From assembly GCA_000708835.1 (NCBI GenBank), contig DF237003.1, forward strand, positions 43,419 to 107,418: 64,000 bases of DNA, read 5' to 3'. Source of the DNA: Klebsormidium nitens. Its lineage: Eukaryota; Plantae; Klebsormidiophyceae. A program made the translations under genes and the position numbers. Below the pieces are notes generated by a model that was not told the DNA's origin, did not search any database, and was given only the letters and a program-made list of their open reading frames with translations. Shown one piece after another: positions 24,301-36,400 of this stretch. Numbering within the stretch: position 1 is the stretch's first letter; every line of letters starts with the position of its first letter.

Positions 24301-26535
24301 GAAGGCGCCTTTTTGCGGAACACTAGAGAAGTGTCTGGGAACGGAGACTGTGCTCACGAATAAAAGTCCTTTTGAGGACGGCGGGAGAGCTCTTGCTTAA
24401 ACGATACCCTGGGAACGAGGCTGCTGCCCGCTCTGCTAGTGGGCCCGACACTGCCAAGGAGAAGCTCAGGTGAGAAGGGGCCATCTCTCGTCCACCTTTG
24501 AAGTGCTCTGGACACGGAAAATCAGGCTTAGCCGACAAAGCAGCTTTCTTTAAACCCTTGGGGTGGACGGATGAACCTTTGCTTAAAAGCGAGGCCCAGA
24601 AGCGAGGCTGAGGTTCTCAGGGTTAACAGAAGCTTATTGAGACGTCTCGGGAAGTAAAGGTTGCCCCTTGGAGCGGAAGATTGTACTTGCAGTCTTAATG
24701 TAGCAGAACAGTTCTGAATTCAATACACCATCCCAGCTTATGGAGATTTATGCGCACACTTTCAAGCTGCATCAGACGCCCTTTCCCGAGGTATCGGTCT
24801 CCACCGCGACCTTGCCACACTCTTTGCGACGGAGGGAAACCGTGTCAAGCTGATTGACTCTGCAAAACACAGTCCATGTCCGTGGCTTCAATTGCTGCTG
24901 ACGTCTGCCATTCTCTTTCTCGCAGAGACTTCGTCAACGAGCAGAACGTGTTGTCACAGCCCAAGGGGTACATGTGGGCGCTCCGCTGCGACGACCACTC
25001 CACCTGCGAGGTACGTACCGCCTCCTCGCGACACGTGGTCGGGATGCTCAAAACCACGGTCAGAGATGGCCGCACTGTTCTGGATATTCGAAGTTGTTTG
25101 TATAGACTTGCTCAAACTTTATAAGGGAGCTGGTCTACTTTACTTCGAAAATGGAATACGGATACAAAGTCGGATTTAGGCGCATCAGCCGCTTACCTCG
25201 CAACCGTTGTTTTGCATTGTAAAGGAGAAGCGATTTCACGGGAGAAGGTTCCTGCTTCTCCGCGCGTGATAATTCCGTCCGTGTTTACACTTTCGAGAAA
25301 CGCGTCGATGAAACAATGGTCGCTTGCAGAAGCGTAGTTGACGAAGTATGTGGCAGCGCCAATATTCGCAGGTCATTTCATGCTGAGCTGCGGATGGGCT
25401 TTTGAATCGCACCGAATTGTTGGTCGAGCTTTTTACCCAACCTGGCCGTCCCACAAATTCAGGACGCAAACGCTCGCTTTGAAATCTGTGCTCTCATTGG
25501 TACTCTTCTCGTTGATAGCACCATGCGACTACTTCAGTAAAGTGACGTCCTGTGAGGACAGATAAGGGAGGAAGTCCCGGTTCTTATGTGAAACGCGCAC
25601 TGGTTTTGGACTCGCAAAGCCCTCTCATCGTCATTCCAAATCGAGGAACTCCAACGCGCGGAAGAAACCAAGATCTTCCTTTCTCTCTCCAGATTGATGA
25701 GCACTTCTTTTTGGAGCTGACAATGGATTCCCGGTGGCGAGTCAACGTATACAACACGCCCAAGACCAGGGAAATTCACCGGTAGGGCGCCAACGCATAC
25801 CGGACAACCCTAAACTTTCCAGAACCTCACCGCCCATTGCTGATGGTGTCGCTGGTTTCAGAAACTCAATCTCTTTCTGGTGCACTCTGGGTGGTCTTCT
25901 GCTGAAGCGTAAAGTGCTTTGTCAAGCGATTCCCTTGTGGATCAAACGGCTGAAGTGTGTCTCTTTGCTGCGTATCGTGTTCCTCAGTGTATGCTGACCA
26001 TGCTTGGAAAAAGGGGCCCAGCTTGTTAGAGCTCGCCAGCGGTGACGACAATTGTAAAGGATAGTACTGCGCGACGGCTCACGTCGTCTGCTGCGCGCCT
26101 GCCAAGGATGCAAACGGTTATTTCCGCTGGCAGCAGCAGGAATTGCGGCCCAAACATCGGATGCAGTTTTCCGCATCCCCCTATCAAGTCAAATCCCGTC
26201 CGTGTCGTTGTTATACTGCGCTTAGGTAGAATACAGAGACCTTCTTAGCCCTTATCGCCACCACTGAAGCGGCTTCTTGTTCCGACCGCAGGCTCATGGC
26301 GGACCGCACCATGTTGGAGGAGACGCTCCGCAACCGCGGGGTCCGCTTAATCCGTACGATCTCCGGGCACATCCAAGCCCTGTCCCCGCGCCACGCCAGC
26401 CGCCGGGTGTCGTCATCGTCGAGCAGCCAACCGGGGTCTAGCGGCCCCGGCTCGCCCGGTTCGGACTTCGGGGGATCCCCCACGGGAGTGCCGCTCGTGC
26501 GGGGCCCCTCGAGCGTGCCTCCCATCAGGGAGTAG
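21375..26535 (+). CDS. C3HC4 RING finger protein with a C-terminal Erf4/Golgin-A7-like domain, ~361 aa, 7 exons
   Basis: Exons 21375-21461, 22443-22625, 23085-23340, 23826-23967, 24926-25010, 25693-25781, 26292-26535; 1086 nt in frame. RING: [39 protein letters not shown]. The C-terminal segment [16 protein letters not shown]...[17 protein letters not shown]...[20 protein letters not shown] resembles Erf4/GOLGA7 (recognised by eye only). Confidence 0.85.
23918..24620 (+). repeat. ~160-173-bp tandem repeat copying the 3' end and donor of RING exon 4
   Basis: ggctg(t/c)tg...tggtgggccgacaccgccaaggagaagctcag|gtg recurs, with donors at 23968 (real), 24128, 24297 and 24470. A more degenerate unit lies near 24600. 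Confidence 0.92.
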
Positions 26536-27734
26536 AGGAGACGGGTTATGCAAAGCGTAGGAGATTGTGAAACATGACTGACCTAATTGAAAATGATATA
26601 GTAGATAGTTCTTGAACGAGGATAGACTGATTAGAAAGTCAAAGGAGAGCGAGTCAAACTGGACTGTGATCAGGTCGAAACGTACGCTGATTGCTAGCGC
26701 AATCTGCTGCAGATAGCTCTAGGTTAGATGTTGCACTGTACAAATGATGCCGGCACTGAAGAAAGCTCTAGATACAGGTTCAAACTTCTCTTAATAGAAA
26801 ACGTACAGTACAAATAGGGTTGGTTACGAGCCTGCCGGCCAATGAACGCGTGGTCTCCGGTGCTACCTAGTTCAATTCACGATTTACTATGCACAAATCA
26901 AGTTGCAGTTGACTTGCTCCGAACAGACGATCAGGCTCACATGATGCCGGGCGGCCGGCCCGGGCATGGCATGTCGATATAAGGCATGCAGTCGCGAACC
27001 GACTGAGCCAGGCTGGAATGAAAAGTCATATAACTACTTTTGAACTTTCTCGGGTCCGTTGTAAGATCAACTAGAGCAACCGTACCCCTGAGTATTTACA
27101 GGCTCGCGGGTACTTGAAACTGCAATTCGTGATGTAATACCACAATGTGTGGCAGACGTCGTCTAATGCATCATGCATCATTGGCCCTGCATGAAACATA
27201 GGCGCGTACTTATTATAATATGCAGTGACGGCATCTATCTGCTACTAGCATCATTGCTAGCAAGCTAGTAGCTGCGCAGCATCCTAGTCGCATGCCAGTT
27301 CCGTGGCCGTCTGATCGATGAGCCACATCTTATGCTGCGCGGGCCGAGACCGCGTCAGTCACTTGAGGGCCGAGAACAAGCCATGCATGAGGCCCCCGGG
27401 CACACGTACAGTCGCCGGCGCAGCATGATTCGTATTCATGCGCGCATCATGCCGCTTAGTAGCTTGTGAGCTGATGATAGAAAGCGTGGTGACCTTCAGC
27501 ACCTTCAAAGGAGACACTCTGGCTAACACAAACAGTCTCAAACACAAGGTTACCTTTCAGAGGCGGCTTTCCGCATTGGAATAAATGTGAATAAAACTTT
27601 GACCCAAACTCACCACAATCTTAACTTCCGTCCGTTTGTCTTTCACAGCTCCCAATCAACTCTCAAACAGGTTTTCGGAGTGCCAAGACTTGCTAAATCC
27701 GCAGATGCATTGGCCGTCAAAATGAGAGCCCTGC

Positions 27735-30700
27735 CTACCACATGCCTTTCAAGGCGTGCGCCCACATCACGGGCCCCCAGCTCGCGTTCTTGCCGTCCTT
27801 CGAATCGGCGGCCGTCAGAAACTCCTCGCAGCTGATCCGGCCGTCCCCGTCAATGTCGAAGATATAGAAGATAATGTCGAGGGTGATGTCATCAAAGCTG
27901 ACGCCGCACACGTCGTGGACGGCCTCCCGGAACTCGCCACGTGTCAGCCCGTCGACGCCCTCGGGGCTGTGGGCGAGAAACTGGTCGAGGGCGTCATCGA
28001 GCCGCGGAACCACCCAGCGGCAGTGGGCAAACGCCCAAAAGTCCTCATACGAGATGCGGACACTCTGCAAGGTCAAGAAACGATGGCTTATGAAGCATGA
28101 TAAAGGTTCGGAGAAGTTTCGGCCATTATTCTGAAGCCAGCAGTAGATTAGAAACTGTTCAAGACCCGTGTGGATACCTTGTCGGCTCTCGAGCACTATC
28201 TTCATTGATACGCCGCGTGAGCGTAGGGAAAACGGTGAACATTTGTTCTCTTCCACTCGGGTCAGGAATTGGGCTAACAAGTTGAAGAATGCCTTAAGCA
28301 CCTTTTGCTCCAACTTTGCTTTGCACAAGAGTTCGCACAATTGAAAACGACACAGCTTCATACCCCAAAACCCTTCAAACCTCCGAAAATCCGAAACCCT
28401 GGCACTCTAAACCCCAGATCAGATCCTTCTCACCTTGAACGCCTCCTCGGCGGCCAGCTTGTCCACACGTGCCATGAGCGGCGCCAGGTGCTCCATGTCC
28501 GCCGCAGCAACCATGGACAGCGCAAAGTCCTTCGCCGAAACGGTGCCCTCGTTGCGCCAGTCATAGTGCGCAAACTCCAAGCGCGTAATCTGCAGAGAAC
28601 GTGTGAAGAGCAACACTGCGGGGTCTGCCGACAAGGCAGAACCGTCTTCAAATCCGAACGTGGGAAGTGAGCGCCTGGAATGAGGGAGCGCCTTGCGAAT
28701 ACACTAACAGGCCACACTCCGCTTGCAATCATTCCTTCACTACGATTGTGCCCTTTATTCCGCTGACCGCCTCCAGCATCTCCACCAAAAACTACTCGCA
28801 CAACGGCAACTTTTCACTACGGTCGTGCTATCCATTCCGCTCACCTCCTCCTGCAGTTCCGCCATGAACTTCTGGAACGCCTCTAAGGTGAGGCACTGCT
28901 TGCCGTCCTTCCCGAAGAAGTACTCCACCACGCCCCCCTCGTCGACGCTCGTGCCGAGGCGGGGCGGGCTCTTCCCCGAGAGGAACCGGAGGCCCCCCCG
29001 GTTGCGCTGCCCGGCCTTGCTCTGCTTCCGAAGCACGGCCATCACCTACGGGGAACAATTGGATACTTTCACGAGCGCAGCCAGCTTCGAGTTAGATCAA
29101 TGTCAGATCTCGAACCAAGATGATAAAGCTTCGACTAGCCCACGAGCGGTAGAGTTGAGTTTAAGGCCGATTCTTGAGTAAGGCTGGTCCAACTCGCCAA
29201 TCGAAAGTGCATATACCGCACTATTTTCCAAGCGTTGCGGTCTAAATAGGTTGATAAACTGGACTAGATCACGTACAGACCTTGAATGGCAGAATATTAG
29301 AGCATCAAAACGGTCTGCGCCATCTGACGGTCTTCTGACGGTCTGTGCTAAACCTAGCGTTACTGGAGCACTATTTGAAAGTGAACGTGGTAAACACAAC
29401 GAGAAGAACAAAAAAAATTGCTGCAAGAACGCATTCCACAAGGTGGAACAGAGGAGACAGGAGAATCACCAGACACGCATAAGGGCACAAGAGCAAGCCT
29501 GTAACTGTGCAAAACTTATTTTGACTCCGAAGTTTTCAACAGAAGTTACTCAAACCGCGTGTGGTTATGGAGGACACATACGGGTAAGTCCGGAGTGACT
29601 TAACGAGTGAGTGACCTAAGATTCACGAAGCCCGACCAAACAAACTGAAACACCTACACAATTGATCACCCGCTCTGCACCCGAACCCACCCTAGCCACC
29701 CTGCTAACCCCACCCGTCCCCCGGGCGCCTATCTTAAGTCACTCGGCTGTTAAGTCACTCGTTGGTTACCAGAGTGGAGGAGACTGGCGCACCGATTTGA
29801 ATTCGTCCTTGTCGACCATTCCGCTCTGGTCCAGGTCGAAGGTGTGGAACGCCTGCTCCACCTCCCAGGGGGGGATGCTCAGCAGCGTTACGAAGAAGAT
29901 GTACTCGGGGAAGGAGATGAAGCCGTCGCCGTTCTGGCAGGAAGAGGATTACTGCTTTAGCGCCATGGTCAACGATTCTAACAACACCATTTCGCACCCA
30001 AAAAACCCTTAACCCTAAAACCCTAAAAAGCTTCTATCAAAGTAGAAGCTAGGCACCCCTCACCCTGGTAAAACGTTCATTCACGATGGAGGTGAATTCT
30101 AAATGAAATGAAGCTAGAAGCTGGATATTCGAAAGGAGTGCTACAATAGGATGCTCGACGTCAACTCAGAATGGGACACGACGAGGAAGGGTTTTTTAAA
30201 GAAGTGCTACGATAGGACGCTCGACGTCAAGTCCAAATCAGTCACGACGAAAAAGTGATTGTACTCGTCGAAGACATGCCTAAAGGTCGACTTATGCGTT
30301 GGGAACAAGACACTGGCCTTCAATTCAGTCAGCCATTTTTATAAGGGGCCCGAAACGAGGCTGCAGCACTGGCGACCCCTTCCCAATCAGGTATATTTGT
30401 TGCCCGCTCTATAGCGCACTTGCCAGAGGACGTCCCAATGGCCGGAAAAGGTATGGTCTTCATTCATTTCGTTCAGCCCCTTTGTTGATTCCAATCAATT
30501 CCGTGATACAACTTTGGCAACGGGGCTTTCTTCTGAGTGGCCAAACAAGCACGGTCGTTCCATATGACATCAGTCCTGCGCGTGAGGAAATATGCTCACC
30601 GTATCAAAGAGCTTGAACAGCTTCGACTCTGGACAGCGCAGCCCTCCCTGCGACGGCTCTCCAGACAGGCTGCCCGTGCGTGCATACGGAGAGTCTGCGG

Positions 30701-32647
30701 AAGAAGATGCAAATGCTGACTTCCATCTGCCATGCTTTCTCCAGTGTGAGCTGATTTTATAGAAACGACTTGATAACATTGAAGACGGAGTTTAAGGTGC
30801 CTGCGTAAATCCGAACTGGATCCTGCTCTTTCCGTCAAGTTTGGCACCCGAGGTCGGATCGCAACGCGCGGTCGAGACCGAGTTCGGTTCTTGATGTCTA
30901 CAAGCAACTTCCCCCCAAAGGACTCCACACATAGTTTCAGGTCACCAATCAGGGACTTCGATTGGTCGCAGTACGAATGGAATTTCGGGAGCTATGTCTA
31001 TCAACGGTGTTGGAAAGCAGATTTCAGACCCACGCGGTTTTTATCCGAGCTCGGGTGCCAAGTTTGACGTAAACAGCAGTACCAAGAAGAGCAACTTGGT
31101 GCTACTAAGTCAAGGCCGCCTCGCTCAGATCGTAACTCCTAGCATAAGCTGGGAACTGTGTTACTCACGAAAATGACAGAGAGCTGATTGAGGGGCACGA
31201 AGGCTGAGGTATCTAGGTTGGAGTATGAGTCTTCATACATAGCTGAGAGCGGCTCTAGACGCCCACCTGATGGAGGGAAGACCGGAACGACGGCCCTCAT
31301 GAGGTCCGCTGGTGTCATCAAAGTCTCTCCTTGGTCCTTGATTGAAGCAAAGTACTCAAACACCTGCATCCAAACGAGGCCGTTTCTGGCACTTTGCAGA
31401 AGAAGAAATGCGAAAGTAGAGTCACTTTCAGCACGAAACTACAGCACTCGCAGCCCGTCCTCATTGCTGAAATGGTCGTAGTCTATCATGCTCTGTTCGT
31501 TTCTGACTTCGAGGTATGTCCTGCTTTACTCTTACACAACTCTAAGAGCACGGGACTTTCAAAAAACATTGCAGAAACAAGGAGAGTTAAGTGTGACTGG
31601 ACCGGAAGCATAGGTCACCTTCTCTGGCGGTGAGCGTGTCCGGATGCGCTTCTCGTAGTAGAAGAAGATGCGTCGCCGCACCGACTGGCCCATCAGGGAA
31701 AAGCCCCACTGGCTCTGCGGTTTGGCGACAGGCGACTCGCCGGGGGGCTCTGGTCTAGTCGGCTGGTCTCCCTGCAGCAGAGTAGAGCGTAAGTAGCAGC
31801 CTTTCCTGGTCAGTTGCCGAAGAAGGTTCCTTTTAAGTACCTGTATGTGTTGCCCTACACAAGATGCATCTGTGACTGCATCCAGTGAAGCAGGAGGGCT
31901 TGAGGGCTGAGAAACTACAATTCCAAAATTGTAGAAGGCAATGAGCAAAAGTGTTGGACTGAGCATTAGGAACGCGCAAATACTCCAAGTACGCCACGGA
32001 AGGCTGAAAATTGCTGCCACAAGGATTGTCCTTGCCTTCTATGCAGATGTATGGCCTTCAGCTTTTGTGAGGGCCAGACCCAACTGAAGACCTTGGGTTG
32101 CAATTGCACTTGCACATGCTTTGAAAATCACGCCTTCTTTTGTTCAATTTCATCATCAGCGGCAGCTCACAACTATCATTAAACACTACTAGTCCTATCT
32201 GAAGAAGGCACACCAGTCCAAGCCAGTAATGTGCAGGTCATGGGACTAACAAACCTCAGCTCTTTCTTCTCCACCCTGGTCGGCTGCCTTGTGCAGGTGG
32301 GGATGGTGGTGCTCATGCTCAAGCGTCTCACTAACCTGAGCTGCATCACATGAGGCAGCGCCGAAACCAAAGCCCAGGACTAAACCCAGGCCCAGACCCA
32401 CCGCCAGGGCACCAAGCGGACTTTCGCCAGCGGCAACATTGGAACAAGCGGAAGGGGTTACATTAGGTGGAGGGTTATATGAAGGGGCTGAGGTGCCTGC
32501 AGAAGGCAGGGACTCATTCAAAAAGGCTTGCAATCCCGGCATGCTTCTGAGCGCCCCAGCCAGTGATGCATCATTGCAGCCCTGCAGCATTTGCGCACGT
32601 CTGAGGTGCCTCACGGTCTGCACAACGAACTTATCAGGCAGCCCCAT
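27735..32647 (-). CDS. MICU: Mitochondrial calcium uptake protein (EF-hand regulator of the MCU uniporter), ~516 aa, 9 exons
   Basis: Exons 32647-32336, 31906-31841, 31771-31619, 31363-31267, 30694-30600, 29933-29793, 29045-28845, 28589-28434, 28064-27735; 1551 nt in frame. Hallmarks: RRRIFFYYEKRIRTRSPPEKVFEYFAS, MTPADLMRAVVPVFPP, LFDTNGDGFISFPEYIFFVTLLSIP, FDLDQSGMVDKDEF, IFDIDGDGRISCEEF. The two N-terminal exons are less certain. Confidence 0.92.
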
Positions 32648-33447
32648 TGCAGCTGCAATTGTAATGTATATGTGGCCAGGACAAGGTTACCAACGTTTCC
32701 AAATTGCAATCCTTACTCCGCTTCAGAGTCCAGCCAATGTCTTGAAGGGCCCCATTGAGGCTATGCACTATGGTGCATAGCCTACATTCCTGTTGTATGC
32801 CCTGGCACAGTCAACTAAACCTTTCCAGCTACATGCACAGGCGCCATGTTCTAGGTACCATATTCTGCTGGCAGTGCCATATATAGCTAGACTGCTGGAG
32901 TGCTGCATGATGCCTTCTGTTGCCCACTTCAAGGGGAGTGCAATAAATCAGGAATTGAGGTGTCGGAAGATGCTCTGCAAAATCAGGATTTGGAACCATA
33001 TCCTAGGTAATATGTAATACAACAATTCTCAAAATGTTCGACGAAGGTGGCCATTGAGAACCATAAAGTTGCGCAGTATGATGTACTAATATATGCTTCA
33101 CGTGTGTCGAAGAGCGTTCTCGGTAGGCTAAGCGACTCACGGCGAGTATCTGACTAGTCGAGAGGGTTTTGTAGCTGCTGATGCACACATGCACCGGTAA
33201 TAGTATAGCCTATACTATATAGGCCTCAGAGGGGAAGAGGTTTCGCGGACCGTCAGCTCGGAGTCGCATCCCCTTCGTCTCCAGGTGGCGCAGCTTGCAT
33301 TTCGAGGGGCGCGAGTGCGGCAGAGCTCTCTTTGTCGATCCAGGGACTCCGCCAAGGTCCAGCAGCGAGCCATCCTGAGTACTAGTCAAAGTTGCCAACA
33401 TCTTGCCAAGTTGATTCTAGCTCCCTAAGGTCGGTTGCATTGAAAGA

Positions 33448-36400
33448 ATGGCAGATGTGGATGATCGCCCTCCCCGGGATGATGGTCGGGATGGGCGATC
33501 AGCTCCTCGAGATGACGATCACGATAGACGCAGAGATGTAAGCCGTCTGGTCTTTGTTCATTTGAAGCCTCTTGGTAATCTGCATCAGTTCCAACATGCC
33601 CGCATCTTTTGCAGCCATCTCTTTTCCTGTGTCTTGAGGTTTGTAGGTGCTGTTGCTTGAAACAATGTCAATGTTTTGTTCTTTATGCTTGCAGAGGTAT
33701 GATGATGATCGAAAAGATTATGATCGCCGGGAGCGTGATCGTGGCAGTGGCAGGGACAGGCACCGGAGCAGGGAAGACTATGACGACAGGCGCAGGCACA
33801 GGGATGATTATGACGATCGGCACAAGTGAGCTCTATCAATAAATCTTTTGCATGCGCAGTGAACTTGCGCAGAGGACTCATGCAGTATTAGCACTGTGCG
33901 CAAGAAGATGCAATTACCCATTGTATTATCACTTTTGCATTGCTTTGTCGAAGGTCACGCAGCCGGTTCATTAGTCGGGAGACAGGATCAACCACCATTA
34001 CCATATTATGCTCCGATACTAACAAGTTGGTAGTGACTTGCGAGATTTGCTTTTATATGCAAATGCAGAAAAATGTTGATGGTTCGTCTGGTACTTAAAA
34101 GATCTGTTTCTTGCAGTAGCGCTCAGAAGATTTTCTTAAACTGCCCTGCCCTCAAAGGAAATAATCTCGTTGAGATGCATTGACGAGCATTAACTCCGTC
34201 TGTTTATAGGGGCCGCCATTCCAGAGGTCGCAGCCGCTCGCGGTCCCGCTCCCGCTCGCGCGATCGCAGAGGGTAAAATAGCAGCTGCTTTGCTTTGTTC
34301 TCTTTTCTCAACAGATTACCTGAGGTCCTTGTCTTCAAATCCTTTTCCTGATGAAGCAGGTCCCATTGCCTGATTATTTTCAAGGTTGATTCTTGTGTGT
34401 TTGCAGCAGATCATGTTTGAGCACCTCTGTTCGTCTCCTCCTTCTGTGTCCTGCAAGGACTGAAACGATCGTGCCTTTGTGTTCTTTGTGCAGGCGAAAG
34501 GGGAGTGGGTTTGATATGGCACCTCCGGCAGTAGCTGCACCTCCAACCGCTGGTGAGACACGTCGTCCATTTTGCAGAGATTGCACGCCATAGTTGCATG
34601 GCATCTAGTTCGAGTTACTGGCTTATATTGGTGATGTAGCCATAACCTCCTGTAGGAATCCCCCATTGCTAGCATTGATACAGACAGTTCGGTGCTTGTG
34701 AAAGCACTGACCTCGGTTTGATGACTCGAAACCTGGTCAATTGCCAATGCGGAACACTTTTGTCAACTGTTGAAAGAAACAAGCTGTACTTTAGTTGCTT
34801 TCCTCTCATCTCAAACCCCCTACTGAAACTGTTTACCTGTTGTTTGTCTGTGCTGTGTCGTTTGTTGTTGTGTGTGTTGCTCTATATAGTCATGTGTTAG
34901 AGTGGGAAAGCCTGCCCTGGCCACCAACGAACTTGAAAGGCGCCTTCGGAGCATTGGCATGGCAAGGCAGCCTGCTCCACCTTCTTGAGCTGCCGTCGTC
35001 CTTGTTGTGCGGCATACACAGCAAGATAAGCAGTTGATAGATGCTAGGGCAATCGGAGAGTCAGGCATGGGTGTAGATTATCACGGTTTTTGAGCATCTG
35101 TCTCAGCATACTGCATGAACGAACACGTTTGGCACTCTCGAGCTGCGCCCGAATTGCCTGTTCTTGTGCTCAGCTGTCCATCTTACTGATATGTTCAAAA
35201 TCACCTTGTCATGCAGGCGCAGACGCTGGTGGTGCTGTGTACCCCTTTGGACAGGTAAACCTTTCCAGCATGTCTTGTTCTTGAGGTATACCTGGCATAT
35301 AATTGTGACTAGTGGACGAGGAAGGTCATTTTGGGATTTGCAGTACTAGTCTTACTTCATCCTGCGAAAATTGGTGGTTTGCTGGAGCAATAGTCAGCTT
35401 GCCGGCAGGCATGCTCACCCCCAATGTCTGCTTGCAGTTCCCAGGATTCCCCCAGATCCCTGTCGCTGCAATGACGCAGCAAGCCACCCGTCACGCACGC
35501 CGGGTGTATGTTGGGGGGCTTCCGCCGATGGCCAATGAGCAGGTAAGAGAGGAATATCTCAGACAATACTTGCATTGATTTGGCCGACAACCCCGCTTCA
35601 GACCTGTTTGTCATACCTCAAACAGATTCTGATTATTATGCTTTGATACTTTGGCACACGGATATTCATTGGGCCTGCACATCACACCGGGCTTTGTTCC
35701 TCTGACCCAAACACTCTCTAAAACCTTAACTTCGAATACTGCGTCTCGCAGAGTGTGGCGACCTTCTTCAGCCAGGCTATGCATCTGATCGGGGGCAACA
35801 CTGCTGGCCCAGGTACGTGGTGGCACTTTCGTTTCTGGTCTCTCTTCCGCGACGTGACTTTTTGTCTTCCTGAAACGCATCGCTTGTATCTTCTTGATGC
35901 ATTTTCCTTGCTAAGTGCATGTAATTTAGATTGTTCCCCAGTCTGCTTTGCTGTACACCGGTTACGCCATTGATGCTGCAATAATCAAGGTGTCTGTGAT
36001 GCATACATAGTAGTCAATGACTTTCGGGAATGCTGATTGAGGCGATTTGTCTGCAGGTGACTGTGTGGTGAACGTCTACATCAACCAGGAGAAGAAGTTC
36101 GCATTTGTGGAGCTCAGGACTGTGGAAGAAACCAGCAATGCGATGGCGCTGGATGGAGTCAACTTTGACGTGGGTGCTCTTCTTGAATAGTTATTGCAAG
36201 CAGAGTGGCTTGTCTGATTTCGAGCTGAGAAGTGTCGGAGAGTCTCTGGAGATCAAGATCGAAGTTTCACCGCAAACTTGCCTGCGTTGAGCATGCTTGT
36301 CGCCGGGGCATTCTGATCTCTTACTGGACTGTAACTCCTCTCTGTTAGAGCAGGTTGCTTTGAATCAAAGTAGGGCTGATCCGGTTGCTGCGTGCTTAGC

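Noticed and set aside
23918-24620. CRISPR-like appearance of regularly spaced repeats
   Set aside because: The spacers are mutually homologous, the repeats copy a eukaryotic exon end, and there are no cas genes.
33210-33401. Possible extra upstream coding exon of MICU
   Set aside because: No convincing in-frame donor. The ATG at 32647 already gives a plausible targeting peptide and a typical MICU length.
33826-35216. Intronic snoRNA or poison exon in U2AF65 introns 2-4
   Set aside because: C-box-like words (TGATGA) lack properly spaced D boxes and terminal stems. Extra AG sites exist, but nothing singles one out without RNA data.
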